Below the pieces are notes generated by a model. The model was not told where the DNA came from, did not search any database, and saw only the letters and a list, made by a program, of their open reading frames with translations. Positions 48,593-58,243 of a stretch of 59,088 nucleotides of DNA are shown piece by piece. Each line of letters begins with the position of its first letter. Positions within the stretch are counted from its first letter, which is position 1. Source of the DNA: Fibrobacterales bacterium (GTDB lineage Bacteria; Fibrobacterota; Fibrobacteria; Fibrobacterales; JAOPTW01); the NCBI GenBank assembly GCA_051532035.1, contig JAOPTW010000020.1, positions 1 to 59,088 of the forward strand. Reading direction: 5' to 3'. The position numbers and the translations under genes were made by a program.

Positions 48593-49981
48593 ATGCACTA
48601 TTTACTATTAATACTTGTGCTCATACTTTCGGCCTGCTCTATGGAATCAGAGGTTGAGAGTAATTCAATTTCTGGTGTTGTTATTATTGGTGATAGAATT
48701 GGAGCCAAACAAAGTATAAGTGACAACGAGGCAAGTATCTACAATGTTTCACTCTTGGTGGCAAATGAACCTTCAAAAGCAGTGATGACCACAGAGACTG
48801 ACCGATTTGGTCGATTTGTTTTTGAAGATGTACCTAATGGAAATTATATCGTACTGTCTATTGATGAGTGGCGCTATGGCGGAGTTCAAACCAATATTTC
48901 CTTATCAGGTGGCAAAGAAGAGATTGCCAATATTGATATGACCCCTTTTCAGAAAGTACCCAATCAATATGAATTCACGGGTGATGAATGGTTTTTCTAT
49001 GATAAGCAAGTAACTACCCTGGGTGAAGCCGAAGTACTCTACTATCTTGCTGATGTAGATAATGTGTATACGAAAACTACTCAAGAAGTGAGTGTGTCTT
49101 ATGTTATAGAGGTCGATGAAACAAGTCGGACATATGAGAGCCAATCGTTAACAGTGTATCTTGCAGAGGTAGGTAACAGCGGTTTTCTATCTGTTGAAGA
49201 TAATATTGATATATCTGAGAGTAGTTTTATTGAAGAAGACTTAATTGAGTCATCAGAAGAGATGTTTACGTCATCCATTGAAATGTTTGAATCATCAGAG
49301 GAGTGGCTCTTATCGGAAGAATTACCGGATGAAATTCTAGAAGAACTGTACGGGCCTGCTGAAGTTATACAGGAAGTTCCTGAGTTTGGAGTTGGAGTTT
49401 GGATAGCGATGGGGGATAACATGGTTGAAGAGCCCGGAGAATATACTCATTCAATTCTTTCTGTCTATGAAAGTGCAGGTAGTATTAAAGTAGAGTTTAT
49501 GGTCAAAGAAAATGATATTGATGTGAGTATGCATATGTATACTTATAACCTTAAGAGGGAGTCTGATTTTCTAGACTTCACAACTGAAATGAATGAAGAA
49601 TTAACATGCACTATATATTATCAATCATATTCTCAAACAAGAATAGCAGTAGAGTGTAATGATTTTCAATTTGAAGATTTAGAATTTCACTATTTTTTCG
49701 AACCTAAAGTATGTGATAACCCCTGTTATGATGGGGTGTGTGACTATACTGTAGGGGAGTGCGCTCCCTGTATTGGTGACTGTGTCACTCAGTGTTTAGA
49801 TGATGCTCAGTGTACCTATAGTTATAATAATACGACCTGTAACACCGGTCGAGAAATATGCGCCACTTCTTGTGAAAGCGGATGCTATGGAGATAAGAGC
49901 TGTAATGAAGAAAATGGTTTCTGCGAATTTCCAAACCAATATGATGTAACCTCTATTCTAAAAACAGATTTCAGTTTATAG
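48593..49981 (+). CDS. Acidic lipoprotein with carboxypeptidase-regulatory-like domain and Cys-rich C-terminus
   Basis: Lipobox LSAC, TETDRFGRFVFEDVPNGNY, an acidic ESSEE linker and many Cys near the C-terminus. Confidence 0.7.
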   Translation: MHYLLLILVLILSACSMESEVESNSISGVVIIGDRIGAKQSISDNEASIYNVSLLVANEPSKAVMTTETDRFGRFVFEDVPNGNYIVLSIDEWRYGGVQTNISLSGGKEEIANIDMTPFQKVPNQYEFTGDEWFFYDKQVTTLGEAEVLYYLADVDNVYTKTTQEVSVSYVIEVDETSRTYESQSLTVYLAEVGNSGFLSVEDNIDISESSFIEEDLIESSEEMFTSSIEMFESSEEWLLSEELPDEILEELYGPAEVIQEVPEFGVGVWIAMGDNMVEEPGEYTHSILSVYESAGSIKVEFMVKENDIDVSMHMYTYNLKRESDFLDFTTEMNEELTCTIYYQSYSQTRIAVECNDFQFEDLEFHYFFEPKVCDNPCYDGVCDYTVGECAPCIGDCVTQCLDDAQCTYSYNNTTCNTGREICATSCESGCYGDKSCNEENGFCEFPNQYDVTSILKTDFSL

Positions 49982-50020
49982 AATAGAGGCACAAGCGCAA
50001 CAAGTGCGAACCCACATTAC

Positions 50021-50047
50021 AAAAAAAGCACTCTCAGTCGAGAGTGC
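50021..50047 (-). terminator. Intrinsic terminator for fpr
   Basis: aaaaaaa-gcactctc-agtc-gagagtgc. Confidence 0.7.
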
Positions 50048-50065
50048 CTAAAAATTTTAACTTTT

Positions 50066-50155
50066 AATATAAGTGTTTAGATGCGAAGCGAATTTTGCGC
50101 TGGCGTACATGGGTACGTCAAGTGAAATTCAACGAAGCAAATGAATGCTTATATT
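50066..50155. repeat. REP/MITE-like imperfect palindrome
   Basis: Ends aatataagtgttta / tgaatgcttatatt, inner gaatttt / gaaattc, and a central gcgtac-atgg-gtacgt. It is single-copy in this window. Confidence 0.5.
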
Positions 50156-50966
50156 AAAATTTTTCAGAGTGAATATTGCCTGGGGCGCGTTTCTTATGCT
50201 CTTTAAATCCTTCAGTTTCAAGAAGCTCAGTTACTTCGTTGATCATGCCAGGGTTACCGCATAAAAATACATGAGTGTTGTCTGGAGTAAGTTCACAACC
50301 CATAGTTTTTTGAATATCACCATCTTTATAGATGTCTTGTACAAACTTAGTGAGGCCATTCCATGGTACAGGCTCTTTATCTGGGAAAAGAATGGTTGGG
50401 ATATAAGTGAATTCATCATGGAGTGACTCAAGGAGTCTCAGCTCTGATGAATATCCAAGGTCCCATGAGTTCGAGGCGCCATGAATAACACAAATTTTGT
50501 GGTTCTTTTTAAGGGCATCAGAACGAAGCATACTCATGTATGGTGCAACACCAGTACCAGTAGCAATGAGGACAACATTTTTATCACCTTCTAATTGATC
50601 AAGGGTAAACATACCTGTGAATTTTTTACCAACACCAATTCTGTCGCCGACATCGAGCGAAAACATTCTTGGAGTAAGATTACCTGAGTGGATAAGAGTA
50701 ATATAGAATTCGAGGTATTCTTTTGTTTTTGACCCTGATGCAATAGAGTAGGCTCTTTTGATCATTTTATCAGGTTTGTTTGGGTATGGCTCTTCAGTCG
50801 CTTCAGGGCATCGTGTTGCATCAGGTGGGAGAAAAAGTGCGCAGAACTGGCCTGCTACAAAGTCTGGAAGTTCCCACCCATCAGGAGCAATACGAATTAC
50901 TTTCATGATCGGTGATACTTGAGTTACTTGGGTAACTATTCCATTTAGTTCATCATTAGCAGCCAT
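50154..50966 (-). CDS. fpr: Ferredoxin--NADP+ reductase
   Basis: Motifs FVAGQF, RAYSIAS, IATGTGVAPY, FLCGNPGM and a C-terminal aromatic residue. Confidence 0.9.
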   Translation of the reverse strand: MAANDELNGIVTQVTQVSPIMKVIRIAPDGWELPDFVAGQFCALFLPPDATRCPEATEEPYPNKPDKMIKRAYSIASGSKTKEYLEFYITLIHSGNLTPRMFSLDVGDRIGVGKKFTGMFTLDQLEGDKNVVLIATGTGVAPYMSMLRSDALKKNHKICVIHGASNSWDLGYSSELRLLESLHDEFTYIPTILFPDKEPVPWNGLTKFVQDIYKDGDIQKTMGCELTPDNTHVFLCGNPGMINEVTELLETEGFKEHKKRAPGNIHSEKF

Positions 50967-51216
50967 ATAAATCTCAGTATATTAGGTTATTATTATTTAT
51001 GGTGTCTAAAATATAAAAATTAGCCGAGATACGTAAAATAATAAAACTGGAAAGTTGCTATTTATACAATTTTGATCTGATTTGTCTAACTTGCCGAGAT
51101 AGTTGACAGGAATGTAGGGTGAAAGAGAATTGAAATTATGGGATTATTAGGTGTGTCCCTTGACGTTTCACGATGGTAGTATTGAGTAATGGCACAAGGT
51201 GTAGTAACGGGGCAAT

Positions 51217-51252
51217 AAAAAAGCCACCTAAGAGTTGATCTTTGGGTGGCTT
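51217..51252 (-). terminator. Intrinsic terminator for bioB
   Basis: aaaaaagccaccta...tgggtggctt. Confidence 0.7.
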
Positions 51253-51286
51253 ACATTGTGTTTGATGTATAATACTCTTTTGAGGG

Positions 51287-52270
51287 CTATGCCTTCTCTT
51301 CAATATTGATTCCCAGGTCAAAGCCACTGGTAGTAATCATCTCTTTATCTTGAGTAACATCAGATCCAATAGTGGTGAGGTGATCGCCAACGAGTGCCCC
51401 ATTGATTCCAGCTTTGAGTCCTAGCTTTTGCATCTCTTGGTTGAGCGTTTGACGCCCACCAGCAAATCGTATTGAGGCTCTAGGGTTTACAAATCGGAAA
51501 ATAGCCATTGTTACGAGTGCTTCTTCTGGCTCAATTGGAGGAGCATCTTGAAGGGGAGTGCCCGGCATAGGATTAAGAACATTAATCGGAATAGACTGAA
51601 TATTTAATTCTGAAATTTCAAAAGCCATATCGACTCTATCTTCCCATGACTCTCCCATACCAATGATACCACCGCAGCACAGGTCCATGCCTGCAGCTTG
51701 AATGTTTTTGATGGTTTCTACACGTTGATCATAAGTGTGTGTTGTAACGATATTGGGAAAAAAGTTACGACTGGTCTCTACGTTGTGGTGGTACATTGTT
51801 ACGCCACGCTTCACGAGCTCATCAGCTTTTTCTCTAGAGAGTAAGCCAAGAGATGCACAGAGATTAATATTTGTCTCTTCTTGCAAGCGATCATAGATCT
51901 TAGTGATACTTTTAAAATCTTTTTCGCGGATGCCTTTACCCGAAGTCACGAGAGAGAATCGGTGTACACCATTTGCTTCATTCTTTTTGGCAAGAGCGAG
52001 CGCTTCTTCTTCATCGACAAGATTATACTCGGGAGAGTTTGTGGTAAAGTGGGCAGACTGTGTACAGAACTTACAATCTTCTGAACAGCTCCCTGATTTC
52101 GCATTCATGATACTACACATCTCAAAATTAGTTCCGCTTTTAATTTCACGGATCTCATTTGCGGCGTCAAACAATTCTTGAATGTCGAAGCCACTTTTGA
52201 GGATGTTCATTACTTCTTCTTTAGTAATTTTTTCTTCATTAAGAACTTTGTTCTTTAATTCCTGGATCAT
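51287..52270 (-). CDS. bioB: Biotin synthase
   Basis: Radical SAM CSEDCKFCTQS, YHHNVET, CCGGIIGMGE and RFAGGR. Confidence 0.95.
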   Translation of the reverse strand: MIQELKNKVLNEEKITKEEVMNILKSGFDIQELFDAANEIREIKSGTNFEMCSIMNAKSGSCSEDCKFCTQSAHFTTNSPEYNLVDEEEALALAKKNEANGVHRFSLVTSGKGIREKDFKSITKIYDRLQEETNINLCASLGLLSREKADELVKRGVTMYHHNVETSRNFFPNIVTTHTYDQRVETIKNIQAAGMDLCCGGIIGMGESWEDRVDMAFEISELNIQSIPINVLNPMPGTPLQDAPPIEPEEALVTMAIFRFVNPRASIRFAGGRQTLNQEMQKLGLKAGINGALVGDHLTTIGSDVTQDKEMITTSGFDLGINIEEKA

Positions 52271-52373
52271 AGGTAATCCTTCTGAGGGTCTGCGTCAAAG
52301 GTGGAAAAATTCCACATTTCATACACACTTGATCCCATCATTTATATGGTGTAATCAATTAAACTGACAGTTA

Positions 52374-53477
52374 TTAAACTTCAGTCTTTGAATATGCTTC
52401 TTTTATCACTCCGCTCGCAAATACAATGTCGCCGTCGTAAAATACAACAACTTGACCCGGTGTTACCGAGCGTTGAGCTACATCGAATTCGCACTGTATA
52501 TCTCCGTTTTCGAGTGGGGAGATAGTTGCAGAGCTTTCAGTTATTGAGAGGCGTATTTTAACACCAACCTCATAAGGTTCAGTAAGTGAGTCCACTGCAA
52601 GGTAATTGATTTCAGAGGCAATTAAGCCGTCGCTGAAAAGACCTTCGTTTGGAGTCACAACAATTTCGTTATTAGTGGCATCAATTTTAGCAACATACAT
52701 CGGTACTTTTGCAGAAATGCCGAGGCCTTTTCTTTGGCCAATAGTATAGTGGATAATACCTTTGTGTTTGCCAAGGATGTTCCCGTCTGCATCAACAATG
52801 TTACCAGGCTCGATAGTCTCTTTTTCAAAAATAGGAGAGTAGTCACCGCCCGATACAAAGTCTTGACTTTCTGCTCTTTCGGCTGTATTGAGGCCAAAGT
52901 CACGAGCCATTTCGCGCACTTCATGTTTAGTAAACTCACCAAGAGGGAACAGGACTTCTTTCAGTTGTTCCTTAGGCAGGCCAGAGAGAAAATAGGTCTG
53001 GTCTTTAGTAGAGTCTTTTGCTTTTTTTAGAAAAACATCACCGTCTTTCTCTTCTAGTTGTGCGTAATGGCCTGTGGCAAAGTAATCAAACTGAATGCCG
53101 GCCTCTCTTGCGCGATCAACAAGAAACCCAAATTTAAGTGCGTGATTACATACTACACAAGGATTAGGAGTGCGTCCTACAAGATATTCTGCTTTAAAAT
53201 ATTCGAGAACAGTAGCCTCATACTCTTTACAGAGGTCAAATACGTGATATGGTATATCTAAACTTTTGCACAGCTCTGTAGAAAGTTCAATATCTTCTTC
53301 TTCACCAGGGCCATAACAAGCGTGTTTCTCTGTTTCTTGAATTTTGATGGCACCATCATATATTTCCATAGTGAGGCCAATGACGTTGTAGCCTTGGTGT
53401 TTAAGGAGGGCTGCCACGAGTGAAGAGTCAACTCCACCGCTGAGTCCTACAGCGACTGTCTTGTTTTTAGGTACCAT
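52374..53477 (-). CDS. mnmA: tRNA 2-thiouridylase MnmA family
   Basis: Motifs SGGVDSS, TPNPCVVCN, ATGHYA, KDQTYFL, YTIGQRKGL and TPGQ. Confidence 0.92.
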   Translation of the reverse strand: MVPKNKTVAVGLSGGVDSSLVAALLKHQGYNVIGLTMEIYDGAIKIQETEKHACYGPGEEEDIELSTELCKSLDIPYHVFDLCKEYEATVLEYFKAEYLVGRTPNPCVVCNHALKFGFLVDRAREAGIQFDYFATGHYAQLEEKDGDVFLKKAKDSTKDQTYFLSGLPKEQLKEVLFPLGEFTKHEVREMARDFGLNTAERAESQDFVSGGDYSPIFEKETIEPGNIVDADGNILGKHKGIIHYTIGQRKGLGISAKVPMYVAKIDATNNEIVVTPNEGLFSDGLIASEINYLAVDSLTEPYEVGVKIRLSITESSATISPLENGDIQCEFDVAQRSVTPGQVVVFYDGDIVFASGVIKEAYSKTEV

Positions 53478-53688
53478 TGCAAAGCTCTAATGAAGTTAAA
53501 GTGATTACAGTGGCAAATATAGCAAAAAGTTAGAAAGGGCGAAGGCTGAAGGTTAAACTCTCAGGTGAAAGTTACAAGTTGGGATGCGGGTATGTAATTT
53601 CTGTTTATAATCAATAAGGCCCAATGAATTGAGTTATTTGATGGTTATACGAGGCTATTCCGTTATAATTGTATTTCAAGAATGAATG

Positions 53689-53726
53689 AAAAAGGCCTGA
53701 AGCGAGTGTATTGTCGCTTCAGGCCT
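53689..53726 (-). terminator. Intrinsic terminator after metY
   Basis: aaaaaggcctgaagcga...tcgcttcaggcct. Confidence 0.75.
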
Positions 53727-53751
53727 AAAGAATTATGTAAAGAAGAGGTGT

Positions 53752-55032
53752 CTATTCTGCGTCAAGAGCTTGGTCAATATCTGCAATAATGTCTTCGATA
53801 TTTTCAATACCAATTGAGAGACGAACGAGATCCGGAGTGAGTCCACTCGCGATCTGCTCATCTTCACTGAGTTGTGAGTGGGAAGTGCTTGCGGGGTGGA
53901 GCGCAAGAGATTTTGCATCACCAACATTAGCGAGATGTGAAATAAGTTCAAGATTATTGATGAACTTCTCGCCAGCAGCGCGTCCGCCTTTAATTCCAAA
54001 TACTACCATGGCAGTGTATCCATTTTTCAATTGCTCAGAAGCAAGTTTGTGTGATGGATCATCTTTAAGGCCTGGATGGCGTACCCATTCAACTTTTGGA
54101 TGGTTTTTGAGGTGTTCGGCAACTGCGGTTGCGTTTTCACAGTGGCGTTGCATACGTACATGGAGTGTTTCAAGACCTTGAAGAAAGAGCCACGCATTAT
54201 CAGGGGCTATTGCTGCACCAAGAGTTCTCAGGGGCACGAGTCTCATACGTAAAATAAACGCTAAAGGAAGAAGGGGCTCTGGAAGCTCAGTTGCAAATTT
54301 CATACCGTGATATGACTTTGATGGCTTATTGTAGAGATCAAATTTCTCATGTGTCCAATCAAAATTAGCTGCATCAACCACAATGCCGCCAATGCCCGTA
54401 CCATGGCCACCAATCCATTTGGTTAATGAGTGAATAACAATGTTTGCACCGAGTTCAATAGGTTTACATATGTAAGGTGGTGTGAAGGTAGAGTCCACTA
54501 CTAACGGAATGTGATGTTTTTTAGCAATAGCAGAAAGACCACGGATGTCGGCACAGTCGAGCACCGGGTTCCCGATGATTTCTGTGTAGAGCATTTTTGT
54601 TTTTGGAGTGATGGCCTTCTCAACCGCTTCGAGGTCGGTAATTCTTACCATGTTAGTAGTAATACCAAAATCGGGAAGTACATTCGCAAGTAAGCTATAG
54701 GTACCACCGTAGAGGTTGTTCCCTGATACGATTTCATCGCCAGCTTTGCAGATATTTATTGCAGTGTAAAAAATTGCCGACATACCCGATGCAACTGCAA
54801 GAGCAGCAGCGCCACCTTCCATTTCCGCAACTCGTTTTTCCAAAACATCTTGGGTTGGGTTCATGAGGCGTGTATAAATATTGCCGAGTTCTTTAAGTGC
54901 AAAAAGGTTTGCAGCATGTTCACTGTCGCGAAAAACGTAGGAGCTTGTTCTATGTAAAGGAACGCCGCGAGACATTGTACTGTCGATAACAGCACCTGAA
55001 TGGAGTCCTTGTGTTTCTATTTTATAGGTCAT
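53752..55032 (-). CDS. metY: O-acetylhomoserine/O-acetylserine sulfhydrylase
   Basis: Motifs GNIYTRLMNPT, PLP-Lys HSLTKWIGGHG, ANVGDAKSL and RLSIGIE. Confidence 0.92.
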   Translation of the reverse strand: MTYKIETQGLHSGAVIDSTMSRGVPLHRTSSYVFRDSEHAANLFALKELGNIYTRLMNPTQDVLEKRVAEMEGGAAALAVASGMSAIFYTAINICKAGDEIVSGNNLYGGTYSLLANVLPDFGITTNMVRITDLEAVEKAITPKTKMLYTEIIGNPVLDCADIRGLSAIAKKHHIPLVVDSTFTPPYICKPIELGANIVIHSLTKWIGGHGTGIGGIVVDAANFDWTHEKFDLYNKPSKSYHGMKFATELPEPLLPLAFILRMRLVPLRTLGAAIAPDNAWLFLQGLETLHVRMQRHCENATAVAEHLKNHPKVEWVRHPGLKDDPSHKLASEQLKNGYTAMVVFGIKGGRAAGEKFINNLELISHLANVGDAKSLALHPASTSHSQLSEDEQIASGLTPDLVRLSIGIENIEDIIADIDQALDAE

Positions 55033-55964
55033 TATTTATCTCCTTCGTCGAACACCCATGTTGATAAGTAGCGTTCGCCAGTATCAGGGAGGAGTGCTAC
55101 AATTACTTTGCCCTTGTTTTCTGGACGCATTGCGAGTTCTTCGGCGGCAAGTGCTGCGGCCCCACATGATATTCCTACTAAAATACCTTCGTTTCTTGCA
55201 AGCTTACGAGTCATAGCTCCGGCGTCTAGTGAATGAATTTGAATGATTTCGTCATAGAGGTCAGTTTTGAGTACACCAGGAACAAAGCCTGCACCAATAC
55301 CTTGAATTTTGTGTGGTCCTGGCTTATTACCTGAGAGTATCGAAGACTCTTTGGGTTCGACGGCAATAATTTTAACGTCAGGGTTGCGTGCTTTGAGGAC
55401 TTCCCCAACACCAGTAATAGTACCACCGGTTCCGATGCCAGAAACAAAGTAATCTACTTTGCCTTCCGTATCTCTCCAGATCTCTTCCGCAGTAGTTTTT
55501 CTGTGTATCTCAGGATTTGCTTCGTTGTTAAACTGTTGAGGCATAAAGCTTCCTGGAGTTTGATCAAAGAGCTCTTCTGCTTTTTGAATAGCACCAGTCA
55601 TCCCTTTCTCTGCAGGGGTCAGGATAAGTTCAGCACCAAAGGCTTTTAATATTTTGCGGCGTTCAATGCTCATAGATTCCGGCATTGTCAGTATAAGTTT
55701 ATACCCTTTTGCTGCAGCGATAAAGGCAAGGCCAATACCTGTGTTGCCACTGGTAGGTTCTATAATGGTGCCGCCTGCAGTGAGTGTGCCGTTTTTTTCA
55801 GCGGTCGCAATCATATTGTAGGCAATACGATCTTTTACACTTGAAAGCGGGTTAAAGCTTTCGAGTTTACCAAGAACTATTGCTCCTGATTTGTCGCTGA
55901 TATCATTTAATTTTACAAGTGGTGTATTCCCGATGAGTTCGGTTATATTATGTGCATAGTTCAT
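55032..55964 (-). CDS. cysK: Cysteine synthase A
   Basis: Motifs [27 protein letters not shown] and HKIQGIG. Confidence 0.95.
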   Translation of the reverse strand: MNYAHNITELIGNTPLVKLNDISDKSGAIVLGKLESFNPLSSVKDRIAYNMIATAEKNGTLTAGGTIIEPTSGNTGIGLAFIAAAKGYKLILTMPESMSIERRKILKAFGAELILTPAEKGMTGAIQKAEELFDQTPGSFMPQQFNNEANPEIHRKTTAEEIWRDTEGKVDYFVSGIGTGGTITGVGEVLKARNPDVKIIAVEPKESSILSGNKPGPHKIQGIGAGFVPGVLKTDLYDEIIQIHSLDAGAMTRKLARNEGILVGISCGAAALAAEELAMRPENKGKVIVALLPDTGERYLSTWVFDEGDK

Positions 55965-55972
55965 AGTACCTC

Positions 55973-56404
55973 CTAGATACTGTAATCGTTGTGTTGCACT
56001 GTTTGTTCTTTATCTACTAAACTTTGTATTGTGTGTTTTGAGAGGACAGCCTGTTGTGCTTGGTGAAGTTCAATCCAAATAGGACGGGTAATGCATTCAT
56101 TTGTCTGGGCGCAGTCATCATTGATGATACAGGGTACTGGGGCTTGGCTACCTTCGAGTGCATTAAAAATATCAAGAAGGGTTACGTCTTCGGGCTCACG
56201 CCGCATAATAAACCCACCTTTGGCACCGCGGATAGTATTAATAATTCCGCTGTTCTTTAAAGAGATTAGTATATTTTCTAAGTAGGAATCGGGGATGCCC
56301 TGAGTTGCCACGATGTCTTTTCTTTTAGTGGGCTTGACATTGAAATTTTTTGCAATCTCAATAATAGCCCGGGTTCCATATCGCGTTTTCGTCGAAAGCT
56401 TCAT
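55973..56404 (-). CDS. Rrf2-family regulator (CymR/IscR-like) with three Cys
   Basis: Motifs [24 protein letters not shown] and [13 protein letters not shown]. It is the first gene of rrf2-cysK-metY. Confidence 0.9.
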   Translation of the reverse strand: MKLSTKTRYGTRAIIEIAKNFNVKPTKRKDIVATQGIPDSYLENILISLKNSGIINTIRGAKGGFIMRREPEDVTLLDIFNALEGSQAPVPCIINDDCAQTNECITRPIWIELHQAQQAVLSKHTIQSLVDKEQTVQHNDYSI

Positions 56405-56410
56405 ACTACC

Positions 56411-56434
56411 CAATGTTGATAAACTTTGTGAACA
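56411..56434 (-). promoter_or_regulatory. Candidate Rrf2 operator, copy 1
   Basis: The minus strand reads TGTTCACAAAGTTTATCAACATTG, 21/24 identical to 57477-57500. Confidence 0.7.
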
Positions 56435-56593
56435 ATCTATAATTTCTGTGATTTATTGTCAAGTGACTATTTTGGGTAGATCATTGTTGCAACAAATTCA
56501 ATGATTGATCTTTTTTCTTATGTCTTCCAGAAGTCGCATTTTCCGATTTTAAATCTGTTAACGTGGTTTAAAATGTTTTCATTCATAGAAGAT

Positions 56594-57322
56594 CTAGCCT
56601 CTATAGTTTAGTACTTCTCCAACGACAAGAAGGGCGGCATGGGTGAGTTTTCCGGTGGGGAGTCTGTCGCATATCTCCGAGATTGTTGATTCTACCAGTT
56701 CCGCATCGGGGTGAGTGGCGTTAAAGATGAGTGCGCAAGGGGTTTTTGGGTCTCTACCACTGTCCAGTAAAAAGTCCATATTAGCTTTCAGGTTGTGGCA
56801 CACCATATAGAGTGCAAGAGTGCCTCGTCTGGGGAGTGATGCCCAGTCGACAAGGTTGGGGGTGGGGCCTGCAGATTTGTGTGCAGTAGCAAAAGTGATG
56901 TCGGATGAGACTTCTCTGAGGGTGAGTGGAATTGAGAACTGGGCTGCGGCACCAAAGGCCGCACTGATGCCAGGTATGACCGAGTGAGGTATCTTGTGTT
57001 CTTTCAGTACTTCTATCTCTTCGCCGCCCCTGCCAAAGATAAAGGGGTCTCCGCACTTAAGGCGAACGACAGTTTTGCCTTTGAGTGCTTCTTCTATAAC
57101 GCGGGGATCTAGTTTGGGTGAGGCGGGGGATTGGGTGAGTGCTCTTCTGCCGACACATATTTTTTCAGTAGGTTCTGGGATGAGTGCCATCACTTCGGGG
57201 GTGATGAGTTTATCGTAGGCAATAATGTCAGCGGATTCAATTGCTTTGAGTGCTTTGATGGTGAGAAGGTCGGGGTCGCCTGGTCCTGCGCCAACAAGTA
57301 TTACATGTCCGGTGGTACTCAT
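56594..57322 (-). CDS. cobA: Uroporphyrinogen-III C-methyltransferase (siroheme synthesis)
   Basis: Motifs LVGAGPGDPDLLT, VVRLKCGDPFIFGRGGEE and IPGISAA. Confidence 0.92.
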   Translation of the reverse strand: MSTTGHVILVGAGPGDPDLLTIKALKAIESADIIAYDKLITPEVMALIPEPTEKICVGRRALTQSPASPKLDPRVIEEALKGKTVVRLKCGDPFIFGRGGEEIEVLKEHKIPHSVIPGISAAFGAAAQFSIPLTLREVSSDITFATAHKSAGPTPNLVDWASLPRRGTLALYMVCHNLKANMDFLLDSGRDPKTPCALIFNATHPDAELVESTISEICDRLPTGKLTHAALLVVGEVLNYRG

Positions 57323-57476
57323 AAGAGCCTCATAGTTAAAAAGGGTGTTTTGATGTAAATAACACCATAGTATCTATTGATTATACTGCATTTCTATTAC
57401 AAAACTGAAATAGAATGCTATTATCAAGGGCAATTCTAGAAAAGATTGGAACAATTTCAATAAATTTGTATATTAA

Positions 57477-57500
57477 TGTTCACAAACATTATAAACATTG
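57477..57500 (+). promoter_or_regulatory. Candidate Rrf2 operator, copy 2
   Basis: TGTTCACAAACATTATAAACATTG, ending 11 bp before the cysH ATG. Confidence 0.7.
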
Positions 57501-57511
57501 TGACTTTAACG

Positions 57512-58189
57512 ATGAGTAAGATAAAAGAATCATTAGAATTAATTAAAAATAAGCTCCAAGAGCATGGCGATACCATTTCGTTTGCCTGTAGTTTTGGTGC
57601 TGAAGATGTACTTATGGTTGATCTTCTTCATAAGAGTGGTCTTCCGTTTCGTCTTTTTTCAATTGATACCGGTCGTCTTCCGGAAGAAACTTTGGAATGT
57701 GCTGATGCACTTGTTCAAAAATATGGTGTCTCTATTGAATGGTATTTTCCGAAGCATGAGCCTGTTGAGGCGCTTGAGCGTGAAAAAGGAATGTTCTCTT
57801 TTCGTCAAAGTTTAGAGCTTCGGAAAGAGTGTTGTGCTGTTCGAAAAATTGAACCACTTAACCGAGCTATTGGTGGACTCAAGGCTTGGTTTACAGGGAT
57901 TCGTGCTGAACAGAGTATTACGCGGTATCTTACCAAATCAGTTGAAGTGGATGAGGGTAATGGCGGTATCGAAAAAGTGAACCCCCTTGTTGATTGGTTG
58001 GAACAGGAAGTGTGGGATTATATAAAAGAGAATAATGTACCGTATAATAAACTCCATGATATGGGGTATCCCTCAATAGGATGTGCACCATGTACTCGAG
58101 CAATTGCTGCCGGTGAAGAAGCGCGTGCCGGTCGTTGGTGGTGGGAAACTCCCGAGAATAAAGAGTGTGGATTACATAAAAAGAAATAA
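57512..58189 (+). CDS. cysH: Assimilatory APS/PAPS reductase (CC...CxxC type, APS-preferring)
   Basis: Motifs SFGAED, IDTG, ECCAVRK, SIGCAPCT and C-terminal ECGLH. Confidence 0.92.
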   Translation: MSKIKESLELIKNKLQEHGDTISFACSFGAEDVLMVDLLHKSGLPFRLFSIDTGRLPEETLECADALVQKYGVSIEWYFPKHEPVEALEREKGMFSFRQSLELRKECCAVRKIEPLNRAIGGLKAWFTGIRAEQSITRYLTKSVEVDEGNGGIEKVNPLVDWLEQEVWDYIKENNVPYNKLHDMGYPSIGCAPCTRAIAAGEEARAGRWWWETPENKECGLHKKK

Positions 58190-58243
58190 GAATTAAGGAT
58201 TGAGAATAAAGAATTAAACGTTCTGAACTCACGAAGAGGAATT

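Noticed and set aside
52349..52370. TGTAA-N10-TGACA upstream of bioB as a BirA operator
   Set aside because: The half-site spacing is much shorter than in established BirA sites, and the half-sites are weak.
53540..53565. cgaagg...aaactctcagg resembling the 3' half of a glycine riboswitch
   Set aside because: The 5' GGAGA element is missing and there is no downstream gene on the + strand.
58186..58220. Short aagaatt-like tandem repeats between cysH and cysD
   Set aside because: Low-complexity and too short to support a function.
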